Shown piece by piece: positions 25,901 through 39,339 of a DNA stretch of 64,000 bases. Position 1 is the stretch's first letter, and each line of letters opens with the position of its first letter. Source of the DNA: Eledone cirrhosa (Eukaryota); contig OZ024758.1 in the NCBI GenBank assembly GCA_964016885.1, positions 37,200,001 to 37,264,000 on the forward strand. The letters run 5' to 3'. The notes under the pieces were generated by a model. That model searched no databases and was not told the origin of the DNA. It worked only from the letters and a program-made list of their open reading frames with translations. The position numbers and the translations under genes were made by a program.

Positions 25901-28900
25901 GGTATTAGTTGTCAGAAGTAACTCCAATGTTGGTGAGAATTCATTTAAGTTCATGGTATTAGCTGTCAGAAGTAACTCCACTGTTGGTGAGAATTCATTT
26001 AAGTTCATGGTATTAGCTGTCAGAAGTAACTCCACTGTTGGTGAGAATTCATTTAAGTTCATGGTATTAGCTGTCAGAAGTAACTCCACTGTTGGTGAGA
26101 ATTCATTTAAGTTCATGGTACTAGCTGTCAGAAGTCACTCCAATGTTGGTGAGAATTCATTTAAGTTCATGGTATTAGCTGTCAGAAGTAACTCCACTGT
26201 TGGTGAGAATTCATTTAAGTTCATGGTACTAGCTGTCAGAAGTAACCCCAATGTTGGTGAGAATTCATTTAAGTTCATGGTATTAGCTGTCAGAAGTCAC
26301 TCCAATGTTGGTGAGAATTCATTTAAGTTCATGGTATTAGCTGTCAGAAGTCACTCCACTGTTGGTGAGAATTCATTTAAGTTCATGGTACTAGCTGTCA
26401 GAAGTAACCCCAATGTTGGTGAGAATTCATTTAAGTTCATGGTATTAGCTGTCAGAAGTAACTCCACTGTTGGTGAGAATTCATTTAAGTTCATGGTACT
26501 AGCTGTCAGAAGTAACTCCAATGTTGGTGAGAATTCATTTAAGTTCATGGTATTAGCTGTCAGAAGGAACTCCACTGTTGGTGAGAATTCATTTAAGTTC
26601 ATGGTATTAGCTGTCAGAAGTAACTCCACTGTTGGTGAGAATTCATTTAAGTTCATGGTACTAGCTGTCAGAAGTAACCCCAATGTTGGTGAGAATTCAT
26701 TTAAGTTCATGGTATTAGCTGTCAGAAGTCACTCCAATGTTGGTGAGAATTCATTTAAGTTCATGGTATTAGCTGTCAGAAGTCACTCCACTGTTGGTGA
26801 GAATTCATTTAAGTTCATGGTACTAGCTGTCAGAAGTAACCCCAATGTTGGTGAGAATTCATTTAAGTTCATGGTATTAGCTGTCCGAAGTCACTCCAAT
26901 GTTGGTGAGAATTCATTTAAGTTCATGGTATTAGCTGTCAGAAGTAACTCCACTGTTGGTGAGAATCCATTTAAGTTCATGGTATTAGCTGTCAGAAGTA
27001 ACCCCACTGTTGGTGAGAATTCATTTAAGTTCATGGTATTAGCTGTCAGAAGGAACTCCAATGTTGGTGAGAATTCATTTAAGTCATGGTACTAGCTGTC
27101 AGAAGTAACTCCACTGTTGGTGAGAATTCATTTAAGTTCATGGTATTAGCTGTCAGAAGGAACGCCACTGTTGGTGAGAATTCATTTAAGTTCATGGTAT
27201 TAGCTGTCAGAAGTAACTCCACTGTTGGTGAGAATTCATTTAAGTTCATGGTACTAGCTGTCAGAAGTAACTCCAATGTTGGTGAGAATTCATTTAATTT
27301 CATGGTATTAGCTGTCAGAAGGAACTCCACTGTTGGTGAGAATTCATTTAAGTTCATGGTATTAGCTGTCAGAAGTAACTCCACTGTTGGTGAGAATTCA
27401 TTTATGTTCATGGTACTAGTTGTCAGAAGTAACTCCACTGTTGGTGAGAATTCATTTAAGTTCATGGTATTAGTTGTCAGAAGTAACTCCACTGTTGGTG
27501 AGAATTCATTTAAGTCATGGTATTAGTTGTCAGAAGTAACTCCAATGTTGGTGAGAATTCATTTAAGTTCATGGTACTAGCTGTCAGAAGTAACTCCACT
27601 GTTGGTGAGAATTCATTTAAGTTCATGGTATTAGCTGTCAGAAGTAACTCCACTGTTGGTGAGAATTCATTTAAGTCATGGTATTAGCTGTCAGAACTAA
27701 CTCCATTGTTGGTGAGAATTCATTTAAGTCATGGTACTAGCTGTCAGAAGTAACTCCACTGTTGGTGAGAATTCATTTGAGTTCATGGTATTAGCTGTCA
27801 GAAGGAACGCCACTGTTGGTGAGAATTCATTTAAGTTCATGGTATTAGCTGTCAGAAGTAACTCCACTGTTGGTGAGAATTCATTTAAGTTCATGGTACT
27901 AGCTGTCAGAAGTAACTCCAATGTTGGTGAGAATTCATTTAAGTTCATGGTATTAGCTGTCAGAAGGAACTCCACTGTTGGTGAGAATTCATTTAAGTTC
28001 ATGGTATTAGCTGTCAGAAGTAACTCCACTGTTGGTGAGAATTCATTTAAGTTCATGGTATTAGTTGTCAGAAGTAACTCCACTGTTGGTGAGAATTCAT
28101 TTAAGTCATGGTATTAGTTGTCAGAAGTAACTCCAATGTTGGTGAGAATTCATTTAAGTTCATGGTACTAGCTGTCAGAAGTAACTCCACTGTTGGTGAG
28201 AATTCATTTAAGTTCATGGTATTAGCTGTCAGAAGTCACTCCAATGTTGGTGAGAATTCATTTAAGTTCATGGTATTAGCTGTCATAAGTAACTCCACTG
28301 TTGGTGAGAATTCATTTAAGTTCATGGTATTAGCTGTCAGAAGTAACTCCACTGTTGGTGAGAATTCATTTAAGTTCATGGTATTAGCTGTCAGAAGTAA
28401 CTCCACTGTTGGTGAGAATTCATTTAAGTTCATGGTATTAGCTGTCAGAAGTCACTCCACTGTTGGTGAGAATTCATTTAAGTTCATGGTATTAGCTGTC
28501 AGAAGTAACTCCACTGTTGGTGAGAATTCATTTAAGTTCATGGTATTAGCTGTCAGAAGTAACTCCACTGTTGGTGAGAATTCATTTAAGTCATGGTATT
28601 AGCTGTCAGAAGTAACTCCATTGTTGGTGAGAATTCATTTAAGTCATGGTACTAGCTGTCAGAAGTAACTCCACTGTTGGTGAGAATTCATGTAAGTTCA
28701 TGGTATTAGCTGTCAGAAGGAACTCCACTGTTGGTGAGAATTCATTTAAGTTCATGGTACTAGCTGTCAGAAGTAACTCCACTGTTGGTGAGAATTCATT
28801 TAAGTTCATGGTATTAGCTGTCAGAAGTAACTCCACTGTTGGTGAGAATTCATTTAAGTTCATGGTATTAGCTGTCAGAAGTAACTCCACTGTTGGTGAG

Positions 28901-31480
28901 AATTCATTTAAGTTCATGGTATTAGCTGTCAGAAGTAACTCCACTGTTGGTGAGAATTCATTTAAGTCATGGTACTAGCTGTCAGAAGTAACTCCACTGT
29001 TGGTGAGAATTCATTTAAGTTCATGGTATTAGCTGTCAGAAGGAACGCCACTGTTGGTGAGAATTCATTTAAGTTCATGGTATTAGCTGTCAGAAGTAAC
29101 TCCACTGTTGGTGAGAATTCATTTAAGTTCATGGTACTAGCTGTCAGAAGTAACCCCAATGTTGGTGAGAATTCATTTAAGTTTATGGTATTAGCTGTCA
29201 GAAGTCACTCCAATGTTGGTGAGAATTCATTTAAGTTCACGGTATTAGCTGTCAGAAGTAACTCCACTGTTGGTGAGAATTCATTTAAGTTCATGGTATT
29301 AGCTGTCAGAAGTAACTCCACTGTTGGTGAGAATTCATTTAAGTTCATGGTATTAGTTTGTCAGAAGTAACTCCACTGTTGGTGAGAATTCATTTAAGTC
29401 ATGGTATTAGTTGTCAGAAGTAACTCCAATGTTGGTGAGAATTCATTTAAGTTCATGGTATTAGCTGTCAGAAGTAACTCCACTGTTGGTGAGAATTCAT
29501 TTAAGTTCATGGTATTAGCTGTCAGAAGTAACTCCACTGTTGGTGAGAATTCATTTAAGTTCATGGTATTAGCTGTCAGAAGTAACTCCACTGTTGGTGA
29601 GAATTCATTTAAGTTCATGGTACTAGCTGTCAGAAGTCACTCCAATGTTGGTGAGAATTCATTTAAGTTCATGGTATTAGCTGTCAGAAGTAACTCCACT
29701 GTTGGTGAGAATTCATTTAAGTTCATGGTACTAGCTGTCAGAAGTAACCCCAATGTTGGTGAGAATTCATTTAAGTTCATGGTATTAGCTGTCAGAAGTC
29801 ACTCCAATGTTGGTGAGAATTCATTTAAGTTCATGGTATTAGCTGTCAGAAGTCACTCCACTGTTGGTGAGAATTCATTTAAGTTCATGGTACTAGCTGT
29901 CAGAAGTAACCCCAATGTTGGTGAGAATTCATTTAAGTTCATGGTATTAGCTGTCAGAAGTCACTCCAATGTTGGTGAGAATTCATTTAAGTTCATGGTA
30001 TTAGCTGTCAGAAGTAACTCCACTGTTGGTGAGAATCCATTTAAGTTCATGGTATTAGCTGTCAGAAGTAACCCCACTGTTGGTGAGAATTCATTTAAGT
30101 TCATGGTATTAGCTGTCAGAAGGAACTCCAATGTTGGTGAGAATTCATTTAAGTCATGGTACTAGCTGTCAGAAGTAACTCCACTGTTGGTGAGAATTCA
30201 TTTAAGTTCATGGTATTAGCTGTCAGAAGGAACGCCACTGTTGGTGAGAATTCATTTAAGTTCATGGTATTAGCTGTCAGAAGTAACTCCACTGTTGGTG
30301 AGAATTCATTTAAGTTCATGGTACTAGCTGTCAGAAGTAACTCCAATGTTGGTGAGAATTCATTTAATTTCATGGTATTAGCTGTCAGAAGGAACTCCAC
30401 TGTTGGTGAGAATTCATTTAAGTTCATGGTATTAGCTGTCAGAAGTAACTCCACTGTTGGTGAGAATTCATTTATGTTCATGGTACTAGTTGTCAGAAGT
30501 AACTCCACTGTTGGTGAGAATTCATTTAAGTTCATGGTATTAGTTGTCAGAAGTAACTCCACTGTTGGTGAGAATTCATTTAAGCCATGGTATTAGTTGT
30601 CAGAAGTAACTCCAATGTTGGTGAGAATTCATTTAAGTTCATGGTACTAGCTGTCAGAAGTAACTCCACTGTTGGTGAGAATTCATTTAAGTTCATGGTA
30701 TTAGCTGTCAGAAGTAACTCCACTGTTGGTGAGAATTCATTTAAGTCATGGTATTAGCTGTCAGAACTAACTCCATTGTTGGTGAGAATTCATTTAAGTC
30801 ATGGTACTAGCTGTCAGAAGTAACTCCACTGTTGGTGAGAATTCATTTAAGTTCATGGTATTAGCTGTCAGAAGGAACGCCACTGTTGGTGAGAATTCAT
30901 TTAAGTTCATGGTATTAGCTGTCAGAAGTAACTCCACTGTTGGTGAGAATTCATTTAAGTTCATGGTACTAGCTGTCAGAAGTAACTCCAATGTTGGTGA
31001 GAATTCATTTAAGTTCATGGTATTAGCTGTCAGAAGGAACTCCACTGTTGGTGAGAATTCATTTAAGTTCATGGTATTAGCTGTCAGAAGTAACTCCACT
31101 GTTGGTGAGAATTCATTTAAGTTCATGGTATTAGTTGTCAGAAGTAACTCCACTGTTGGTGAGAATTCATTTAAGTCATGGTATTAGTTGTCAGAAGTAA
31201 CTCCAATGTTGGTGAGAATTCATTTAAGTTCATGGTACTAGCTGTCAGAAGTAACTCCACTGTTGGTGAGAATTCATTTAAGTTCATGGTATTAGCTGTC
31301 AGAAGTCACTCCAATGTTGGTGAGAATTCATTTAAGTTCATGGTATTAGCTGTCAGAAGTAACTCCACTGTTGGTGAGAATTCATTTAAGTTCATGGTAT
31401 TAGCTGTCAGAAGTAACTCCACTGTTGGTGAGAATTCATTTAAGTTCATGGTATTAGCTGTCAGAAGTAACTCCACTGTT
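19114..31480. repeat. Local higher-order repeat with a 3070-bp core (~57 monomers); unit lengths 3070, 1400 (truncated), 3502 (+8 monomers), 3070, then a partial unit
   Basis: The same 146-aa block starts at 19114, 22184, 23584, 27086 and 30156. Downstream ORFs match at offsets 4470 and 3502. The 398-aa versus 254-aa ORF difference is 432 bp, or 8 monomers. Confidence 0.88.
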
Positions 31481-32259
31481 GGTGAGAATTCATTTAAGTT
31501 CATGGTATTAGCTGTCAGAAGGAACTCCAATGTTGGTGAGAATTCATTTAAGTCATGGTACTAGCTGTCAGAAGTAACTCCACTGTTGGTGAGAATTCAT
31601 TTAAGTTAATGGTATTAGCTGTCAGAAGGAACGCCGCTGTTGGTGAGAATTCATTTAAGTTCATGGTATTAGCTGTCAGAAGTAACTCCACTGTTGGTGA
31701 GAATTCATTTAAGTTCATGGTACTAGCTGTCAGAAGTATCTCCAATGTTGGTGAGAATTCATTTAAGTTCATGGTATTAGCTGTCAGAAGGAACTCCACT
31801 GTTGGTGAGAATTCATTTAAGTTCATGGTATTAGCTGTCAGAAGTAACTCCACTGTTGGTGAGAATTCATTTAAGTTCATGGTATTAGCTGTCAGAAGTA
31901 ACTCCACTGTTGGTGAGAATTCATTTAAGTTCATGGTACTAGCTGTCAGAAGTAACTCCACTGTTGGTGAGAATTCATTTAAGTTCATGGTATTAGTTTG
32001 TCAGAAGTAACTCCACTGTTGGTGAGAATTCATTTAAGTCATGGTATTAGTTGTCAGAAGTAACTCCAATGTTGGTGAGAATTCATTTAAGTTCATGGTA
32101 TTAGCTGTCAGAAGTAACTCCTCTGTTGGTGAGAATTCATTTAAGTTCATGGTACTAGCTGTCAGAAGTAACTCCACTGTTGGTGAGAATTCATTTAAGT
32201 TCATGGTATTAGCTGTCAGAAGTCACTCCACTGTTGGTGAGAATTCATTTATGTTCATG

Positions 32260-34420
32260 GTACTAGCTGTCAGAAGTAACCCCAATGTTGGTGAGAATTC
32301 ATTTAAGTTCATGGTATTAGCTGTCAGAAGTCACTCCAATGTTGGTGAGAATTCATTTAAGTTCATGGTATTAGCTGTCAGAAGTAACTCCACTGTTGGT
32401 GAGAATTCATTTAAGTTCATGGTATTAGCTGTCAGAAGTAACTCCACTGTTGGTGAGAATCCATTTAAGTTCATGGTATTAGCTGTCAGAAGTAACCCCA
32501 CTGTTGGTGAGAATTCATTTAAGTTCATGGTATTAGCTGTCAGAAGGAACTCCAATGTTGGTGAGAATTCATTTAAGTCATGGTACTAGCTGTCAGAAGT
32601 AACTCCACTGTTGGTGAGAATTCATTTAAGTTCATGGTATTAGCTGTCAGAAGGAACGCCACTGTTGGTGAGAATTCATTTAAGTTCATGGTATTAGCTG
32701 TCAGAAGTAACTCCACTGTTGGTGAGAATTCATTTAAGTTCATGGTACTAGCTGTCAGAAGTAACTCCAATGTTGGTGAGAATTCATTTAATTTCATGGT
32801 ATTAGCTGTCAGAAGGAACTCCACTGTTGGTGAGAATTCATTTAAGTTCATGGTATTAGCTGTCAGAAGTAACTCCACTGTTGGTGAGAATTCATTTATG
32901 TTCATGGTACTAGTTGTCAGAAGTAACTCCACTGTTGGTGAGAATTCATTTAAGTTCATGGTATTAGTTGTCAGAAGTAACTCCACTGTTGGTGAGAATT
33001 CATTTAAGTCATGGTATTAGTTGTCAGAAGTAACTCCAATGTTGGTGAGAATTCATTTAAGTTCATGGTACTAGCTGTCAGAAGTAACTCCACTGTTGGT
33101 GAGAATTCATTTAAGTTCATGGTATTAGCTGTCAGAAGTAACTCCACTGTTGGTGAGAATTCATTTAAGTCATGGTATTAGCTGTCAGAAGTAACTCCAT
33201 TGTTGGTGAGAATTCATTTAAGTCATGGTACTAGCTGTCAGAAGTAACTCCACAGTTGGTGAGAATTCATTTAAGTTCATGCTATTAACTGTCAGAAGGA
33301 ACTCCACTGTTGGTGAGAATTCATTTAAGTTCATGGTACTAGCTGTCAGAAGTAACCCCAATGTTGGTGAGAATTCATTTAAGTTCATGGTATTAGCTGT
33401 CAGAAGTCACTCCAATGTTGGTGAGAATTCATTTAAGTTCATGGTATTAGCTGTCAGAAGTAACTCCACTGTTGGTGAGAATTCATTTAAGTTCATGGTA
33501 TTAGCTGTCAGAAGTAACTCCACTGTTGGTGAGAATCCATTTAAGTTCATGGTATTAGCTGTCAGAAGTAACCCCACTGTTGGTGAGAATTCATTTAAGT
33601 TCATGGTATTAGCTGTCAGAAGGAACTCCAATGTTGGTGAGAATTCATTTAAGTCATGGTACTAGCTGTCAGAAGTAACTCCACTGTTGGTGAGAATTCA
33701 TTTAAGTTCATGGTATTAGCTGTCAGAAGGAACGCCACTGTTGGTGAGAATTCATTTAAGTTCATGGTATTAGCTGTCAGAAGTAACTCCACTGTTGGTG
33801 AGAATTCATTTAAGTTCATGGTACTAGCTGTCAGAAGTAACTCCAATGTTGGTGAGAATTCATTTAATTTCATGGTATTAGCTGTCAGAAGGAACTCCAC
33901 TGTTGGTGAGAATTCATTTAAGTTCATGGTATTAGCTGTCAGAAGTAACTCCACTGTTGGTGAGAATTCATTTATGTTCATGGTACTAGTTGTCAGAAGT
34001 AACTCCACTGTTGGTGAGAATTCATTTAAGTTCATGGTATTAGTTGTCAGAAGTAACTCCACTGTTGGTGAGAATTCATTTAAGTCATGGTATTAGTTGT
34101 CAGAAGTAACTCCAATGTTGGTGAGAATTCATTTAAGTTCATGGTACTAGCTGTCAGAAGTAACTCCACTGTTGGTGAGAATTCATTTAAGTTCATGGTA
34201 TTAGCTGTCAGAAGTAACTCCACTGTTGGTGAGAATTCATTTAAGTCATGGTATTAGCTGTCAGAAGTAACTCCATTGTTGGTGAGAATTCATTTAAGTC
34301 ATGGTACTAGCTGTCAGAAGTAACTCCACAGTTGGTGAGAATTCATTTAAGTTCATGCTATTAACTGTCAGAAGGAACTCCACTGTTGGTGAGAATTCAT
34401 TTAAGTTCATGGTATTAGCT
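32260..34420. repeat. Tandem block duplication, 1076-bp unit (20 monomers)
   Basis: ORF pairs 32331/33407 and 32580/33656. Shared private variant CCACAG followed by ATGCTATTAACT (~33279/34355). Confidence 0.88.
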
Positions 34421-35750
34421 GTCAGAAGGAACTCCAATGTTGGTGAGAATTCATTTAAGTCATGGTACTAGCTGTCAGAAGTAACTCCACTGTTGGTGAG
34501 AATTCATTTAAGTTCATGGTATTAGCTGTCAGAAGGAACGCCACTGTTGCTGATAATTCATTTAAGTTCATGGTATTAGCTGTCAGAAGTAAATCCACTG
34601 TTGGTGAGAATTCATTTAAGTTCATGGTACTAGCTGTCAGAAGTAACTCCAATGTTGGTGAGAATTCATTTAAGTTCATGGTATTAGCTGTCAGAAGGAA
34701 CTCCACTGTTGGTGAGAATTCATTTAAGTTCATGGTATTAGCTGTCAGAAGTAACTCCACTGTTGGTGAGAATTCATTTAAGTTCATGGTATTAGTTGTC
34801 AGAAGTAACTCCACTGTTGGTGAGAATTCATTTAAGTCATGGTATTAGTTGTCAGAAGTAACTCCAATGTTGGTGAGAATTCATTTAAGTTCATGGTACT
34901 AGCTGTCAGAAGTAACTCCACTGTTGGTGAGAATTCATTTAAGTTCATGGTATTAGCTGTCAGAAGTAACTCCACTGTTGGTGAGAATTCATTTAAGTCA
35001 TGGTATTAGCTGTCAGAAGTAACTCCATTGTTGGTGAGAATTCATTTAAGTCATGGTACTAGCTGTCAGAAGTAACTCCACTGTTGGTGAGAATTCATTT
35101 AAGTTCATGGTATTAGCTGTCAGAAGGAACTCCACTGTTGGTGAGAATTCATTTAAGTTCATGGTACTAGCTGTCAGAAGTAACTCCAATGTTGGTGAGA
35201 ATTCATTTAAGTTCATGGTATTAGCTGTCAGAAGGAACTCCAATGTTGGTGAGAATTCATTTAAGTCATGGTACTAGCTGTCAGAAGTAACTCCACTGTT
35301 GGTGAGAATTCATTTAAGTTCATGGTATTAGCTGTCAGAAGGAACGCCACTGTTGGTGAGAATTCATTTAAGTTCATGGTATTAGCTGTCAGAAGTAACT
35401 CCACTGTTGGTGAGAATTCATTTAAGTTCATGGTACTAGCTGTCAGAAGTAACTCCAATGTTGGTGAGAATTCATTTAAGTTCATGGTATTAGCTGTCAG
35501 AAGGAACTCCACTGTTGGTGAGAATTCATTTAAGTTCATGGTATTAGCTGTCAGAAGTAACTCCACTGTTGGTGAGAATTCATTTAAGTTCATGGTATTA
35601 GTTGTCAGAAGTAACTCCACTGTTGGTGAGAATTCATTTAAGTCATGGTATTAGTTGTCAGAAGTAACTCCAATGTTGGTGAGAATTCATTCAAGTTCAT
35701 GGTACTAGCTGTCAGAAGTAACTCCACTGTTGGTGAGAATTCATTTAAGT
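34410..35750. repeat. Block duplication with 806-bp offset (15 monomers), more diverged
   Basis: ORF pair 34462/35268 has the same monomer order. The first copy carries three private substitutions at ~34550-34593. Confidence 0.7.
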
Positions 35751-38700
35751 CATGGTATTAGCTGTCAGAAGTAACTCCATTGTTGGTGAGAATTCATTTA
35801 AGTCATGGTACTAGCTGTCAGAAGTAACTCCACTGTTGGTGAGAATTCATTTAAGTTCATGGTATTAGCTGTCAGAAGGAACTCCACTGTTGGTGAGAAT
35901 TCATTTAAGTTCATGGTACTAGCTGTCAGAAGTAACTCCACTGTTGGTGAGAATTCATTTAAGTTCATGGTATTAGTTTGTCAGAAGTAACTCCACTGTT
36001 GGTGAGATTTCATTTAAGTCATGGTATTAGTTGTCAGAAGTAACTCCAATGTTGGTGAGAATTCATTTAAGTCATGGTACTAGCTGTCAGAAGTAACTCC
36101 AATGTTGGTGAGAATTCATTTAAGTTCATGTTATTAGCTGTCAGAAGGAACTCCACTGTTGGTGAGAATTCATTTAAGTTCATGGTATTAGCTGTCAGAA
36201 GTAACTCCACTGTTGGTGAGAATTCATTTAAGTTCATGGTACTAGCTGTCAGAAGTAACTCCAATGTTGGTGAGAATTCATTTAAGTTCATGGTATTAGC
36301 TGTCAGAAGTAACTCCACTGTTGGTGAGAATCCATTTAAGTTCATGGTATTAGCTGTCAGAAGTAACTCCACTGTTGGTGAGAATTCATTTAAGTTCATG
36401 GTATTAGCTGTCAGAAGGAACTCCAATGTTGGTGAGAATTCATTTAAGTCATGGTACTAGCTGTCAGAAGTAACTCCACTGTTGGTGAGAATTCATTTAA
36501 GTTCATGGTATTATCTGTCAGAAGGAACGCCACTGTTGGTGAGAATTCATTTAAGTTCATGGTATTAGCTGTCAGAAGTAACTCCACTGTTGGTGAGAAT
36601 TCATTTAAGTTCATGGTATTAGCTGTCAGAAGTAACTCCACTGTTGGTGAGAATTCATTTAAGTTCATGGTACTAGCTGTCAGAAGTAACTCCACTGTTG
36701 GTGAGAGTTCATTTAAGTTCATGGTATTAGCTGACAGAAGGAACTCCACTGTTGGTGAGAATTCATTTAAGTTCATGGTACTAGCTGTCAGAAGTAACTC
36801 TACTGTTGGTGAGAATTCATTTAAGTTCATGGTATTAGTTTGTCAGAAGTAACTCCACTGTTGGTGAGAATTCATTTAAGTCATGGTATTAGTTGTCAGA
36901 AGTAACTCCAATGTTGGTGAGAATTCATTTAAGTCATGGTACTAGCTGTCAGAAGTAACTCCAATGTTGGTGAGAATTCATTTAAGTTCATGGTATTAGC
37001 TGTCAGAAGGAACTCCACTGTTGGTGAGAATTCATTTAAGTTCATGGTATTAGCCGTCAGAAGTAACTCCACTGTTGGTGAGAATTCATTTAAGTTCATG
37101 GTACTAGCTGTCAGAAGTAACTCCAATGTTGGTGAGAATTCATTTAAGTTCATGGTATTAGCTGTCAGAAGTAACTCCACTGTTGGTGAGAATTCATTTA
37201 AGTCATGGTATTAGCTGTCAGAAGTAACTCCAATGTTGGTGAGAATTCATTTAAGTTCATGGTATTAGCTGTCAGAAGTAACTCCACTGTTGGTGAGAAT
37301 TCATTTAAGTTCATGGTATTAGCTGTCAGAAGTAACTCCACTGTTGGTGAGAATTCATTTAAGTTCATGGTACTAGCTGTCAGAAGTAACTCCACTGTTG
37401 GTGAGAATTCATTTAAGTTCATGGTATTAGCTGTCAGAAGTAACTCCACTGTTGGTGAGAATTCATTTAAGTTCATGGTACTAGCTGTCAGAAGTAACTC
37501 CACTGTTGGTGAGAATTCATTTAAGTTCATGGTATTAGCTGTCAGAAGTCACTCCAATGTTGGTGAGAATTCATTTAAGTTCATGGTATTAGCTGTCAGA
37601 AGTCACTCCACTGTTGGTGAGAATTCATTTCAGTTCATGGTACTAGCTGTCAGAAGTAACCCCAATGTTGGTGAGAATTCATTTAAGTTCATGGTATTAG
37701 CTGTCAGAAGTCACTCCAATGTTGGTGAGAATCCATTTAAGTTCATGGTATTAGCTGTCAGAAGTAACTCCACTGTTGGTGAGAATTCATTTAAGTTCAT
37801 GGTATTAGCTGTCAGAAGGAACGCCACTGTTGGTGAGAATTCATTTAAGTTCATGGTATTAGCTGTCAGAAGTAACTCCACTGTTGGTGAGAATTCATTT
37901 AAGTTCATGGTACTAGCTGTCAGAAGTAACTCCAATGTTGGTGAGAATTCATTTAAGTTCATGGTATTAGCTGTCAGAAGGAACTCCACTGTTGGTGAGA
38001 ATTCATTTAAGTTCATGGTAATAGCTGTCAGAAGTAACTCCACTGTTGGTGAGAATTCATTTAAGTTCATGGTATTAGCTGTCAGAAGTAACTCCACTGT
38101 TGGTGAGAATTCATTTAAGTCATGGTATTAGCTGTCAGAAGTAACTCCAATGTTGGTGAGAATTCATTTAAGTCATGGTACTAGCTGTCAGAAGTAACTC
38201 CAATGTTGGTGAGAATTCATTTAAGTTCATGGTATTAGCTGTCAGAAGTAACTCCACTGTTGGTGAGAATTCATTTAAGTTCATGGTATTAGCTGTCAGA
38301 AGTAACTCCACTGTTGGTGAGAATTCATTTAAGTCATGGTATTAGCTGTCAGAAGTAACTCCAATGTTGGTGAGAATTTATTTAAGTTCATGGTATTAGC
38401 TGTCAGAAGTCACTCCACTGTTGGTGAGAATTCATTTAAGTTCATGGTACTAGTTGTCAGAAGTAACTCCACTGTTGGTGAGAATTCATTTAAGTTCATG
38501 GTATTAGTTGTCAGAAGTAACTCCACTGTTGGTGAGAATTCATTTAAGTTCATGGTATTAGCTGTCAGAAGTAACTCCACTGTTGGTGAGAATTCATTTA
38601 AGTGATGGTATTAGCTGTCAGAAGTAACTCCATTGTTGGTGAGAATTCATTTAAGTCATGGTACTAGCTGTCAGAAGTAACTCCACTGTTGGTGAGAATT

Positions 38701-39339
38701 CATTTAAGTTCATGGTATTAGCTGTCAGAAGGATCTCCACTGTTGGTGAGAATTCATTTAAGTTCATGGTACTAGCTGTCAGAAGTAACTCTATTGTTGG
38801 TGAGAATTCATTTAAGTTCATGGTATTAGTTTGTCAGAAGTAACTCCACTGTTGGTGAGAATTCATTTAAGTCATGGTATTAGTTGTCAGAAGTAACTCC
38901 AATGTTGGTGAGAATTCATTTAAGTCATGGTACTAGCTGTCAGAAGTAACTCCAATGTTGGTGAGAATTCATTTAAGTTCATCGTATTAGCTGTCAGAAG
39001 GAACTCCACTGTTGGTGAGAATTCATTTAAGTTCATGGTACTAGCTGTCAGAAGTAACTCCACTGTTGGTGAGAATTCATTTAAGTTCATGGTATTAGCT
39101 GTCAGAAGTCACTCCAATGTTGGTGAGAATCCATTTAAGTTCATGGTATTAGCTGTCAGAAGTAACTCCACTGTTGGTGAGAATTCATTTAAGTTCATGG
39201 TATTAGCTGTCAGAAGGAACGCCACTGTTGGTGAGAATTCATTTAAGTTCATGGTATTAGCTGTCAGAAGTAACTCCACTGTTGGTGAGAATTCATTTAA
39301 GTTCATGGTACTAGCTGTCAGAAGTAACTCCAATGTTGG

